NCBI GenBank assembly: GCA_951406725.2
Contig: OX597819.1
Coordinates: forward strand, 47,492,001 to 47,556,000
Reading direction: 5' to 3'
Length of the DNA stretch: 64,000 nucleotides
DNA from: Octopus vulgaris
Taxonomy: Eukaryota
Each line of letters begins with the position of its first letter. Position 1 is the stretch's first letter. The translations under genes were made by a program, and so were the position numbers. Below the pieces are notes generated by a model that had not been told where the DNA came from, made no database searches, and was given only the letters and a program-made list of their open reading frames with translations. Below, one piece after another: positions 1 through 13,064 of this stretch.

Positions 1-304
1 CCAAACTTTTGCAGGCTGCCACCCACTTGACACCCGAGCCACATTCCTAGTGCTCCCACCCCAACAAACCATCACAAACACAGGCCTCTTTCTGAAGCAA
101 ATTCAAAGCAACTGTATTTCCTCAATATAACTTAACCTAAAGAAACCCATTATTTTGTTGTTTTTACATGAATTGCTACCCCATTATCGCTCCACTGTTT
201 ACATGAATCGCTACCCCATTATCACCCCACTTTTCTTTAATGCCCCCTTGGAACTTTCTACTGCCCCCCCAAAGGGGCAATACCGCTCACTTTGCGAACC
301 ACTG
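1..304. mobile_element. hAT (Charlie-type) MITE, left end cut by window edge
   Basis: Ends TTTGCGAACCACTG (TIR CAGTGGTTC..CAAA); the window begins CCAAACTTTTT, the continuation of the matching TIR. Internal ~34-bp tandem duplication at 162-232. Confidence 0.65.
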
Positions 305-768
305 ATATAGACCATTTCTAATATTACTTTAGCAAGTTTAAAGTGATTTCTTTTGTGCCATAAACCATTTACCATTTCTGTGGTCCCCCCCCCCCGCTTC
401 CTTTGATACCCTAAGCACTTGCTTATTTTACTTAATGTTTAATCCATCGCTGGGAACAACCTCATCTAATGTGTTCTACATTTTCATTACAGTAAGCTGT
501 AATTTCAGGAAGATTTGGTTAATAGCAGGTCAAGCAGCCCAATAGAGGCTCCCTTGTTAGCTCATGTAAAAATAGTTGTAATTGATAGTATTTGAAAGGG
601 TAGTTATAATGATTTATTGTTTTTGTGGCAGTGGTGATAGTAGTGGCAATTGCGGTGGTGATAATGTCTGTGATAACTAAGGCAGTAGTTTATGATGGTT
701 AATAGGGACTTTGATAAAGTACAAACATGAGAACTTCTCATTTCATCATTTTTATGAATATAAACAAG

Positions 769-1030
769 TGGAGAGCATGTGGCCTAGTGGATAGGGTGTC
801 ACATAAACAATCACAAGAACATGGTTTCAGTTCCTGGACCAGGCGATGTTTTGTGTTCTTGAGCAAAGCACTTCATTGCACAATTCTATACTCCAACCAT
901 CTGTAAATGAGTAACCTTATGATGGCCAAAGATCCTGTTCAGTGGCAATGCTATGATCTCAGCCACTTATACATCATGGAAACTGGGTACAAGTCCTAGG
1001 ACTCTAGACGGCAATGCCCAGGAGTTGAGG
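769..1030 (+). mobile_element. tRNA-derived SINE (decayed), family distinct from the main SINE
   Basis: A-box-like TGGCCTAGTGG, B-box-like GGTTTCAGTTCC, and GTGTTCTTGAGCAAAGCACTT core. A related head occurs on the minus strand at ~44980-45085. Confidence 0.65.
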
Positions 1031-3254
1031 ATTATAAACATGGAACTTTATGCCTCTGCAAAAATTGCAAATTTTGGCTAATTATAATGCATGTCCATTC
1101 TCCATAACAGCATGGGTCATAGGGTTTAACAAGGGCTGGCCAGCTCTTGAGCTGCCTAGGATCCATTTTGTCTGCTTTGGCATGGTTTCCATGGCTGGAT
1201 GCCCTTCTTAATGACAACCATTTTACAGAGTGTAGTGAGTGCTTTAACATGGCACTGGTACAGGTGCTTTTGTGTGGCACCATCCGAGGCACTTTTATAT
1301 GGCCCCAGCACAGCATAGAAGTTTTGACAATGTACTGGCATGGGTGCTTTTAAGCAATACTGGCACAAGTACTTTTATGCACCACCAGCACCTATGGGCC
1401 ACAAAACTAGGACCTCTCAGTTGAGAGAGGGACATATAAAAGACAAGTATGTATGTATGGATTGCCATGATTTTACTTAGCTTGATGTTTAGATAATATA
1501 TTTCTGTGTCACAGAGACAAGTAAAAACAGACTAAAGATATAAAGAAACTAATATTTCATCTGATGAATAATTTTAAAACGATTTTAAAAAAATGAAGAC
1601 AAGAAGAAATAATGAAATCCTGTTAATAACTGTCTTCTAGATGGTGCCATAATTTATTGAGGAATGAAGTTTATGACCAGGACTTGATTCCTAATTGGAA
1701 CTACTGCATTTCAATTATATTTTTAATGGCCTTGGTAAAACTTTAAACATAGCAACACTGATAATTCTTCTCCTCAAAATGTCAGTATTCATGTCTATGT
1801 TGTCATCACTGTCTCCACCAGCTGCTGCTGCAGCTGTCACCACCATTGCCACCACCATCAGTATCAATTAGAATAAAATAATTTAAAAAGATATTAAGAT
1901 GTAAGGGTGCCCCAGGAAAATAGCTTAAAATCTTAAAAAAAGTGTGACGTTAAGCTAATTTTATTGCTCAGTTTTGATTCCTAACAGTTGTTAGTTCACT
2001 TTACTTATGTCCATAACCCTTTCGTGATGATACTTCTAATTCAATACACTGTGAATAAGTTCTAATTAATTTTGAAAATAATTAAGAAATTAGAAGTATT
2101 TATTGAAATAACTAAAGTTTTTCGTTATTAAGCTGATGTTCGGAACATAACAAGATGGTCTTCTATAAAATTCTGTTGGAAAGTTTTAATTTAGGTATGA
2201 ACACTTTAAATGAGGATTTTATCACAGAAATAGAGCAATCTCAGGTAAGTTGTTGTTATAAAGATTAATGTTCTAATAATGGAAGGGAATTATCCAACTT
2301 TTGGTTCCTTTCCATTGAGGTTTTTATGTATCTTACAAAGCAATTCTTGAGAAACCAAATCCATTTAATTTCCTAGTTAGAATTATAGAAAGTGCTATAA
2401 CATACCTAACAACCTCATAGCTATTTCTATTAGAAATATTAAATTCTTTAAGCTCAGGCCGAATTGAATTGACCAGAACTATCATCACAAAATATTACAG
2501 CCATGACCATCACGCATTTCCAGAGATATGTAGGACTACATTCTCTAACATGTCCTTCATTTTTTAAGATTGTAAGATGTGATATGAAGGAGATTTGGCT
2601 ACCATTTCTAGCAAGTAAGGTCGAGTGGGTATAAATCTTGCCTTGCAACTATGTGGCTTAATGTTTGATCCTACTGTGTGGAATTTTGGCTAAATTCCTT
2701 CTAAAACAGCCTCAATATAATCAAAGAAAATTAGTAAGACAGAGATTGTGTAGACGCCTGTTAAAATGAACTGTTCTTATTTTTGGATGGTGAGTAGATT
2801 CAATTTGTCGTCCAGTTTAGCTTTACTACCTGGTCTACATGTGCCTCTAGGGGAGTTCACATCTAGACTAGGTCTCTAGTAGGAGAATAACATTCTGCAT
2901 TTCTCACACCAGTCTTGGAAGAAAACGTCACGGCGGCTACTACCCCTTCTTCACTATACCTATTCATCCATCATTCACAGATGAATAGTTGAACAAACAC
3001 ATAAATGAATGGACAAACAATTATATGAAAGATATGTAAATGAATTATAAATAAATAATAAATAAGATAAGGTCATGCACCTATGCAGAGCTCTCTTGCT
3101 GAAAGACAAACAGTCAGACTATTTAGTTTTGTGTGTTTCCTAATGCATAGATGTTGATACTATATAAGTAGAAGCTATGTTTATTGCTCACACTGAATAA
3201 TATTTAAATATTTGAAAAAAGAAAAAGAAAAACAATTCAAAGGTGAATACAAAC

Positions 3255-3307
3255 CAATCCTGGTTTACTCATCAAGTTGATATTGGTTGTGACAATCCGG
3301 AATTTTA
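3255..3307 (-). CDS. Alpha-2-macroglobulin/TEP family gene, 53-bp coding exon (MG2)
   Basis: ttttgcAG acceptor and GTTTGT donor; phase 1 to 0. Gives (V)KFRIVTTNINLMSKPGL, completing the PGQT-VKFR motif. Confidence 0.88.
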
Positions 3308-4227
3308 CTGCAAAACAAAAAATTAGTTTGATTAATCTTATTAAAATTTATGGAAAAAAAAATCAAACATCACTCATATGTCTGACATGCCATCTCCTAG
3401 AAATACTGTCTTCAATCAGCAAAAGTCATTAGTACTGCCTTTACCTTCTACCTTAGCCCCAAACTGACCAAAGCCCTTGTGAGTGAATTTGGTAGATGGA
3501 AACTGAAAGAAGCCTGTGTTGTGCATGTGTGTGTATGTGTGTCATCGTCTTGATACTATTGTCTTAAAAATAACTTAGACATAAAGGTAAAATGTTATTG
3601 GAAAAAGAAAATCAGAAATTTCACATTATCAATTAATTCTTTCAATTTAGTTTCCATGATCATTTTCAAGATTGCCACAAAAATTTCTGTATAATCACCA
3701 CAAGGTACAACTGTAATATCCCTAAACAATATCACAAACTGATATGCTGGTTTTTCAAGCAGGTTACTGGACCTGCTAGAAATAGCAGCAAAAATCTCTA
3801 CCATACCATGTCCTATCATCTTAAAAGGGTACATTTCCATGATAAAGCAATGAAGTGGTAATGAGTTGAAATTCTTTGATCATAAGTCTACTTGATTGAG
3901 ACCAACTTAAGAATAAACAACATCCAAAAATAACTAGATTAAAGGATAATGGCACTGAGATTCAGTTATTTGTCTGTTACAGAACTGATTATTCCTGTGT
4001 GACCTTTAACTTAAGAATTTTGGCATCTGTGAAGTTTCCTTATTGCTAAATTAGTTCAGATTAGTTAAGAAATGGCTTAACAACAAAAACATTTCTTACT
4101 TAAACTTGTAGCTCTAATTTTTAGAATCACAGAGAGAGAGAGTATTTTGTGATGTTTATGCCCCTCACTAGAATATTATCAGTAACTAGAATTTAGTGCT
4201 GTAATACATACCACCATTCCTCCTCAC

Positions 4228-4282
<55 letters not shown>

Positions 4283-4420
4283 ATATCAACAAAATGTCAG
4301 AGATCAAGGAGAGATCCCTAACACAGTTGCTCAACCTGCTAGAAGCAGCAACCATATCTCTCTTAAACCATATCATATTTTCTTAGATAAAAAAAACCCC
4401 CAGTAAAGATGTATTAAATA

Positions 4421-4980
4421 ATCATCATCATCATCATCATCATTTAGCGTCCGTTTTCCATGCTAGCATGGGTTGGACAGTTCAACTGGGGTCTGGGGAG
4501 CCCGAAGGCTGCACCAGGCCAGTCAGATCTGGCAGTGTTTCTACAGCTGGATGCCCTTCCTAACGCCAACCACTCCGAGAGTGTAGTGGGTGATTTTATG
4601 TGCCACCGACACAGGTGCCAGACGAGGCTGGCGAACGGCCACGCTCGGATGGTGTTTTTATGTGCCACCGACACAGGTGCCAGGCGAGGCTGGCAGACGG
4701 CCACGCTCGGATGGTGTTTTTATGTGCCACCGACACAGGTGCCAGATGAGGCTGGTGGACGGCCACGATCGGATGGTGTTTGTTACGTCCCCAAAGCACG
4801 GAGGCCAGTCTATGCGGTACTGGCTACGGCCACGTTCGGATGATTTTCTTGTGTGCCACCGGCACTGGTACCACAAAGATACAAATTCCATTGATGTTCA
4901 TCTATTTTGATTTGTTTTGATTTGATTTGATTTTCACTTGCCTCAACAGGTCTTCACAAGTGTCACAAGAAGGAAGGTAT
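4421..4980 (-). mobile_element. (ATG)n-tailed retroposon (RTE-type 3' end/SINE) with internal ~60-bp tandem repeat
   Basis: (CAT)n, then TTTAGCGTCCGTTTTCCATGCTAGCATGGGTTGG and GGATGCCCTTCCTAACGCCAACCACTCC. Homologous copies at ~1090-1420, 19830-20125, 40115-40700, 52920-53345, 54535-54770 and 63545-63855. Confidence 0.75.
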
Positions 4981-5186
4981 GCAATCATAAATAAATTATG
5001 TTTAAAAGGAACATAGGATGGTTACAGCTGGAATACTTTTGATTATAGGACACTGGATCAGAGTTGAGTGAGAATTAAAAGAATCAAATTTCACAACAAT
5101 AAAAGGCTAATCTATATCAAAAGAAAAACAATAAAAAATGAACAAAAGAACAAAAACAAAAAAATTTACAAAGTGGTTTCTATTAC

Positions 5187-5378
5187 CTGTTTGACCAGGA
5201 ATATACATGTATTTATCAGTCTGTATAAATGTTAGTGTGTTTTTGTTAACAATCTTCAAATCATCAATGGTTTTGGAAAATATTAAAGACTGATCTTCTT
5301 TAAAACCCCAAACAGTCATGATGTAATATCCTTCAACATAAACCTCAGGGACTTCAATATTTGTGCAGCGACATTCTC
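5187..5378 (-). CDS. Alpha-2-macroglobulin/TEP family gene, internal coding exon (MG1/MG2 boundary)
   Basis: ttttAG acceptor at 5380-5379 and GTAATA donor; 192 bp, phase 1 to 1, in frame with the previous exon. Ends TFIQTDKYMYIPGQT, matching the family motif FIQTDKPIYKPGQT. Confidence 0.93.
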
Positions 5379-6319
5379 CTAAAATATTATAGAAGAAGAA
5401 CGAATAATGAGAAACATGTAAATAAAATCAACATGGTGAAATAAATGAAAAATTTTCATATAATTTGCTATAATGAGTTTGAGAAAATTTAGAAGTTTAT
5501 ATTACATTTATAATGAAAACAGAGAAAAGGATGGAATAAAGAGGATATCAATTTGGTCACCTTTTTCAACTCATAGACATGCTTGAATTGGATTGGATTG
5601 CCTATGTTCAGGTCCAATGCAGGACAATGGCCTCAACATATTCTTTCCACCAACCATGGTCTGATGTAGAGGCTGTGAATTTGAACTTAAGATCATACTG
5701 GTTTGATAAACCTACTCTGCAATATTGGCTCAACATGGCTTTGCAGAGGGATGCAGTTTTTATACTCATATCCAGAAGTAGTTGAATCAGTTACATCAAC
5801 CCCAGTGCTCAACTAGTACTTATTTTATTGACCCCAAAAGGTTGAAGGGCAGAGTTGACCTAGGCAGAATCTGAATTCAGAAAGTAAGGACAACCAAAAT
5901 ACTGCTAAGCATTGTGTCCAGCATGTCAATGATTCTGCCAGCTTGCTGGACATGCTTATAAAATCAAAAGAAACAATGCAACATTTATGACTTTCAGAGA
6001 TACGTTTTCATGCTCTGAATTCCTGAAGCATGGAATGAACTGCCCATGTCAGCTGTTAGCTGCCAGGACACTGCACCCTTCAAAAATTCCATGCTTCTCA
6101 AAATCTGCCAACTCTATTCCTGATGTGTCTATACACCCTTTCCTCTTTACAGCTCTTTTACAGTTCCTTTTTCAGTCTTCTTGTGTTTTATGCTGTGTAC
6201 TGTAAATGTACTTTTAGCTTTTATTGCTGACTTTCTTTATTTGATTTATGGCTGTTTTTTGTCCCTCTTTTGCTTTTAGCTTTTTTTTACAATGAGTTAC
6301 AATGCACCTAAGCACTGCT

Positions 6320-6525
6320 CTTTTACTTGCTTCAGTCATTTGACTGTGGCCATGGTGGAGCACCGCCTTTAGTCGACCAAATCGACCCTGGACTTATTTT
6401 TGTAAGCCTAGTACTTATTCTATCGGTCTCTTTTGCCAAACTGCTAAGTTAAAGGGACGTAAACACACCAGCATCGGTTGACAAGCAATGTTGGGGGGGG
6501 GGGACAAACACAGACATACAAACAT

Positions 6526-6578
<53 letters not shown>

Positions 6579-6712
6579 CATAAAGATGACGGGATTCTTT
6601 CAGTTTCCGTCTAACAAATCCACTCACAAGGCTTTGGTTGGCCTGAGGCTATAGAAGAAGACACTTGTCCTAAGTGCCATGCAGTGAGACTGAACCCGGA
6701 AACATGTGGTTC
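6320..6712 (-). mobile_element. Main ~400-bp tRNA-derived SINE with central microsatellite
   Basis: Reverse complement of the family seen intact at 27530-27927. Confidence 0.85.
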
Positions 6713-7060
6713 GTTGTATACAATAACTACATTATCATTATTATTTTTAATATTTTCTTATAAAAATAATGATTTTCTGTTCTTTAGTGCATTATTACAA
6801 AATAACAGAGATAAAATTTTATTTATATATGGGTATAGGTATAGCTGTGTGGTTAAGAAACTCACTTTGGAATTATGTGGTTTGGGGTTTGGTCCCACTG
6901 CATGGAACTTTGGGCAAGTGTCTTACTATAGCCCCAAGCTGACCAATACCTTCCAAGTAATTTGATAAACAGAAACTGTGTTGAAGCGTGTTGTGTGTGT
7001 ATATATCATCATGCTATGTATGGGTGTGTGAGTATATATATATATGGGTATATAGTTTAT

Positions 7061-7104
<44 letters not shown>

Positions 7105-7404
7105 GTATATCATTTATACATATAAATACATAAGGGTATTTAATTTATACATATACGTATATATATATATATATATGTGTGTGTCTGTATGCATCTTTGT
7201 ATTTGTCTGTTCAACACCACCACTTGGCAACCAGTGTTGGTTTGTTTATGTCCTTATAACCTAGCAGTTTGGCAAAGAAATTGCTAGAAAGTACTGGTGT
7301 TGATTTGTTTTCACTAAATTGTTCAGGATGGTGCCCTCGCATGACTGAAGTTTAATGACTGGAACCATTAAGAGATGAAAGATATAAATGAGAATATACA
7401 AAAA

Positions 7405-7444
<40 letters not shown>

Positions 7445-8499
7445 TGCTAAAGCACCTTAATTTTATCAACAAGCAGAAAAATAATAATCTAAAAGAAATC
7501 TGTTTTTGTGTGAATGAAAATTCTGGTGATGATTATATCAGAGATGAGCAAAAGATTTGCTTGCTGCTCAGTTTTGATTCCTGGGAGTTCCTTAGCAACC
7601 CAACACAAAATGGAAACCTAATGTGGTTGTTGTTGCTGGTTTTTCTTTTGCTGTGAATGTGTAGTTTGTATTTGTTTCGATTGAAGAGATTGTGTTTTCG
7701 AAAATGGTGCTATAATATCAATTTTATGTGCCGTTGCTGAGCCTAGATATACATGGTTGTTTAGATATGTAGTTATAGGAAGTGTGTGGGTTGGAGCAGA
7801 CAGCAGCCATTAATATTCCTGCAGTTATATGTAGATGGTATGCTTTTAGTTTCAGTATTCTTGTATTGCTGTGAAGATGGTTTAAGGGTGGTGATGGTGA
7901 TAGTAAAGTTGGTGGTAGTGACGGTGGTGGTGGTGTGCATGTGTGTGTGTGTGGAGGGGGAGTGTATGTGCAGCAAACAAGGGTGTAGAATGCATAGCTT
8001 TAAACAGTTTGCAAGTTTTTCTTTTAGGTTAAATACAGAAGAGTTTGGACACCCAGGTTAAAATACATGATGGTAATAACTACATTCTGCTTTCATCCTT
8101 TGTTTGTAATAGTCCCTGTGGTCCCTCCAACTTAATTTAGGAATTATGACTAGACAAAATAAGGATTTCTTATATAAGCACAAGACTCTAGATTTACAAA
8201 GACAATGAAAAAGGAAGTTCTGATGTTTTTATTTTGTGAAAGTTGTTATTAGTGACATATGTGAAATGGTACCAACAAAGCAGTAAAACTAAGATGTAGA
8301 TATTGTATACATCACACCTCCTGTTTTACTTTGACTCATGAGGATAAGATTTTCAGCTGTATAGTTAAGAAGTTCTTTTTGTAGCCTTGTAATTTTAGGT
8401 TCCTACTGTGAAGCACCATAGGTGAGTGCTTTCTTCTCTACTCTCAGTTGACCAATACATAGTGAGTGAATTTTGGTAGACAAAACTTGCAGGGCAGCC

Positions 8500-8536
<37 letters not shown>

Positions 8537-8945
8537 ATTGACACTGCTTGATGTTGGTTTATGTTACACATATAAAATGTCAAACAGCTTGGTAGTTTGG
8601 TATGTGAAGATGTGGAATAGACTATCAAATGCCCTTCCTAATGCCAACTATTGTTGGCATCAGGAAGGGCATCCAACTATACAATACTACCTGAAGATGT
8701 TTCATGCAACCTATGCCAGCATGAAAAGAGAGGACATAAAAACAATTATGACAATGATTATGTATAGTAGCCCTTATAAATCAATGAGCTAAATCAAGAT
8801 AAAGAAGTAAAATTGAACCAGTGTGTGTGTGCTTATTATTGGCATAATGAACCTCCTGAGATACAACAAAATCTGTTTCAACATACAAGTTTGCATCAAG
8901 AATCTTGCAACCAAGTACAAAAAAAAAATAGATATATACATATAC

Positions 8946-9103
8946 CTTTAACATATGTATCTCGTTTGTTAAAATTCCAAGTATTATCTTCATTGTGTAC
9001 AACAAATATAATATTTACATCTTCTCTAATACCAAATGTTGATAAACAAAATTTTTCAGTTGTTCCACCATGTAACTCGGCAGGCAAGGTAAGCAAGTAC
9101 GAA
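8946..9103 (-). CDS. Alpha-2-macroglobulin/TEP family gene, internal coding exon (start of MG1 domain)
   Basis: Polypyrimidine tract + AG acceptor at 9105-9104 and GTATAT donor after 8946; 158 bp, phase 2 to 1. Encodes SYLLTLPAELHGGTTEKFCLSTFGIREDVNIIFVVHNEDNTWNFNKRDTYVK, resembling the A2M N-terminus (YMVLVPSLLHTETTEKGCV type). Confidence 0.88.
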
Positions 9104-9573
9104 CTAAAAGAAAAAGAAAAAAAAATGAAATTAGAATTTGATATCTTTAGAAATTTTAGAACAGAATTGTATTTCTCAAAGAAAATGAATAATAAAATGT
9201 ATTTCAATATAAAAATACATAAGACATGAAGTCTATACAAGAAAAGAAAATTGTGACATCTATAAAGTAAGAAATAAATCTTTGTTTAATATTTGTATTT
9301 CAGTGCCAGTATAGGTAAGGCCTCAGACAATTGAGCATAGTTGTTTGGATGCTCATGATTGGGCCCAGTTGACTGAATATTCCACTTGTTTTGGTGACAG
9401 AACTTTTTGGCACTGAAGGCAAACAAACAATCACACAAACACACACAGAAATATATACAAGCAGAGAGATAGATAGAGAGAGAGGGGGGAGAGAGAGAAA
9501 TGGAGAAGCATTAGACATACAAACATAAAAACTGGGAGAGAGAAATGGAGAAGCATTAGACATACAAACATAA

Positions 9574-9624
<51 letters not shown>

Positions 9625-10028
9625 CATTACAATCTAGTACTTGAACACGACATAAACATTTTCACTTAGCTGATACACATAAAAAGAAATATGCTCATAC
9701 ACACAAACCAAGTGCATGAGAGAGAGAGAGAGAGAGAGAGAGAAATAGAGAGAGAGAGAGGGAGGGAGGAAATGTGGGAAAGAGGTTGGGGAGAATGCAA
9801 GAAGCATTAAAATGTCTGATGTCAATAAATCGGCATTGAATCAAAGCCAAAACAACTGTACCAAAATGTCTCATACCCACATAGGTAGAGGTGGTTGTTT
9901 AGCCACAGGTCAGCTAACTGAACTGACACCATGGTCAAAGACACTCCACCAGTGATTATCCTGTTTTTTTTTTTTGTTTTTTTAATGAATATAGGACTAC
10001 AATATCAAATATGTTATTGCCTTATCTA

Positions 10029-10321
10029 CAGGGCTGTGGAGTTGAAACAAAAAATTTCGACTGACTCCTGTGCTATTGGCACCTCCGACTCTGATTCCAA
10101 CTCTGACTCCTCTTTATGTAATTAAGTGATTGTGGTCTACATATCTCAAAGCATATGCATACACCTGTACTTTGAGTAGGCCTATATGTTATAACTGGTT
10201 TATACTAAAGAATAAAGACATTATGAGTCGGAATCAGAGTCGGTATAGTTTTACAGACTCCAACTCCAGCTACCCATTAATTGTTTCCAACTCCGATTCT
10301 GACCCCAACTCCAAAGCCCTG
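10029..10321. mobile_element. hAT MITE with perfect 8-bp TSD
   Basis: TIRs CAGGGCTGTGGAGTTG / CAACTCCAAAGCCCTG; TSD CTTATCTA at 10021-10028 and 10322-10329; subterminal (G/A)ACTCC hexamer arrays. Inserted inside another repeat. Confidence 0.88.
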
Positions 10322-11019
10322 CTTATCTAAGGTGTCAGTGTGTAATTTGAGGGAGATTTGGCTCCAATATCTAGCAGGTCATAATCCTGATACAGAATAC
10401 TGTAAACAGTAACCAATAAAATTTATTTAATGAACTAGAGAAAGTGTCAAATATGGCTTTTGACATGAAACACCTGCATATCCACACTTAAGTAGACACA
10501 CACACACACACATACGCATATACACATATGCAAATGTACACATGTATGGAAGGAAGTACAATTATTTGTGTAAGACAAAATGAGGCAAACATTAAAATAG
10601 TTTGTAAAACAACTGACATCCCTGGACAAGGGAATAAGTATAAACTAAAATTCTGGCTCTTGAGCAATCCTAAAACAAGTCTAGTTGACATTGGGAAATG
10701 TACCCTGCCATTCATGTTTAAGCTCAAATCAGTCCTGATTAAGCAAGCCTATGAGCAAAGGTATTTCAAACATGACTACTTACCTTTTATATAGTTAAGA
10801 CTACATTATCTAATGAATCCTTCCATTAAGTGATTTGGGAGACAATAAACTGGCTTCTATTTCTGGATGGCTGAGTGACCACATAGTTATAATGTCAAGA
10901 TATTTAGAAAAGTTGAGTATATTTAATGCACTTTTGTGGCAAAGTACAATATGTGCACCCATCTGTATTTAAAACAATTTCAATACCCGTAGGTACAGGC
11001 ATGGCTTTATAGGTGTAGG

Positions 11020-11360
11020 TGTAGTTGTGTAATAAGAAGTTTTCTTCCCAAGCACATGGTTCTTGGTTCAGTCCCACTGCATGGCACCTTGGGCAAGTGT
11101 TTTCTTCAATCTCTTTGGGCCAACCAAAGCCTTGTGAGTGGATCTGGTAATCAGAAACTGAAAGAATCCCAGCATGTGTGTGTCTGTGTTTGTCTTTCCA
11201 CCACTGCTTGAAGACCAATGGTTTGTTTGTGTCCCCATAACTTAATGGTTTGGCAAAGGAGACCAGACTTTAAAAAAAGTAATAAATACTGGGATCAATT
11301 TGTTTGAATAAATCCTTCAAGATGGTGCTCCAAGTTTATATATGATGAAACATTTAAAAG
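11020..11360 (+). mobile_element. Main tRNA-derived SINE, decayed
   Basis: GGTTCAGTCCCACTGCATGGCACCTTGGGCAAGTG core and downstream family blocks. Confidence 0.75.
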
Positions 11361-12532
11361 GTAATGGTATATTGTAACCTTTTTAGTGCCTTGTTCAGTA
11401 TGCCATAGATGGACAAAAAGTTAAAAATTGCTGAACTATAACTCTGCTCCATCAGTGTTTAATTCTTTGATTTGAAGTATCTTTTCTCTCTCACATTTTC
11501 AAATGATTCAATAAAATAAAGAACTGATTAGTAACCACAGACACACATTTTAAGCAGAGTTATTACACATTCTCATTAACTGAGTTCATAGTTTTACTTT
11601 ATCCTTTTCTACACGAGTCTCAGCTGATCTAGGGCTAAGCATCAAAAACACCAGGAAGTGCAAACTGTTTGCCAACTAAGCATACTTGTTATTGTTTTAT
11701 AAGTTAATTAAAAGAGGAGTAATAGTGTCTATGACTATTGTAGGTCCTCCCAGATTGGGATGATTGATATGTTTGATACCCAACCCAAATGCCAGCTATA
11801 AACTAACTTTTCCACTTTCTGAACTATTTTGTACTTAATAGCTGACACAGACCACCACAAGTTTCTTTTAATTCTACTGTTTCACTTAAACCTCTGCAGC
11901 TCAATATTTACAGGAATAAACGTTGACATAAGGGGAAATGGAAGTCTAGTCTCAAAGTCTGCAGCATATTTTCAAATGAATCAAATGGCTAAAAGCACCC
12001 AAGAACCAGATGAGAGGGTTAAACCAGGCAATTTGTTAAGCCTACTACAAAAGTAAAGTAGATAGAATTATGTGTCATGCTCAGTAACAAGATACAATGG
12101 TTGTAGTGAAGTTTACTGGGTACCATTTGATAAATAGTTCAGTTGTAAAACATCTTTAATTTTGTAGATAGTACAGCTGGTAGTGTTTCTAATTTTTTTT
12201 TTGAAGATTTACTTGAGTATTGAACAGTCTAAATATTCTGGAGCTGACTGCTGTGATTACATTATTCTATTTCATGTTTGTGTGGTGATTAAAATCAGTA
12301 GAGACTGAAATTAATGCATTTTGAAATGTACACAAGTAGGAATTTGCAGACTTAGATTAAAGTAATATTTTCTCTCTGGAAAAAACAAGTTATAAATTGC
12401 TATTGTGAGAAAGAAATGCTTCAATTTCTTATAGAAATTTTATCATGTCTTTTAATGTGAACCTAAAAAATGGGTGTGGCACTGACATCACAAAATACTG
12501 CAAGAGTTAAAAGAGATTTCAAAGTGAATAAG

Positions 12533-12568
<36 letters not shown>

Positions 12569-12585
12569 AGATGAGGAATTTATAC

Positions 12586-12740
12586 GTTCTAACATCAATA
12601 TTGAAAAATACAATTTGAGATTCATATTTATTGCAAAAAGAAATTTTCACTGATCCAAGCATACATATACACATACATTTACATACACATACGCAAACAA
12701 TCAAATGGAAAGATGCAAACAAACAACTGGAGAAATGCAT
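12586..12740 (-). CDS. Candidate first coding exon (signal-peptide-like) of the A2M/TEP gene
   Basis: ATG at 12740 opens MHFSSCLFASFHLIVCVCVCKCMCICMLGSVKISFCNKYESQIVFFNIDVR. It ends at a GTATAA donor in phase 2, as the 9103 exon requires. Hydrophobicity comes partly from decayed (TG)n, so it could be chance. Confidence 0.35.
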
Positions 12741-12994
12741 GCACACACACACACACCATCAATGATTTTTGTCATAACATTCAGAGAATTTGTAACTCCA
12801 CCTTTCCATCTGCATTTTTCTACTTTTAACTTAGCTCTATATGTGTTCCTAATTTGTGCGTGTGTGTGTGTGTGCGTGTGTGTGTAATTTAACACTATTT
12901 CATCATTTTGAAAAACATGAAAGAAGAAATTCAGGCACTCCATCAGTAATCAATATTTTCAGCTATAATACACACACACACATACACACGCACG

Positions 12995-13064
<70 letters not shown>

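Noticed and set aside
1561-1590. Isolated CTGATGA words (also ~17812, 21607, 32753, 36707, 58153)
   Set aside because: No stem II followed by GAAA, so not hammerheads.
2406-2426. 21-nt AG..GT segment as the expected A2M micro-exon
   Set aside because: In the required phase 0 it reads AAA TAG, a stop codon.
3595-3840. 81-aa minus-strand ORF inside the A2M gene
   Set aside because: Overlaps a repeat copy, has no A2M motif, and the flanking exons join correctly without it.
4444-4910. Cluster of overlapping ORFs and CRISPR-like periodicity
   Set aside because: Contiguous tandem units with no unique spacers inside a eukaryotic retroposon; the ORFs arise from the GC-rich repeat.
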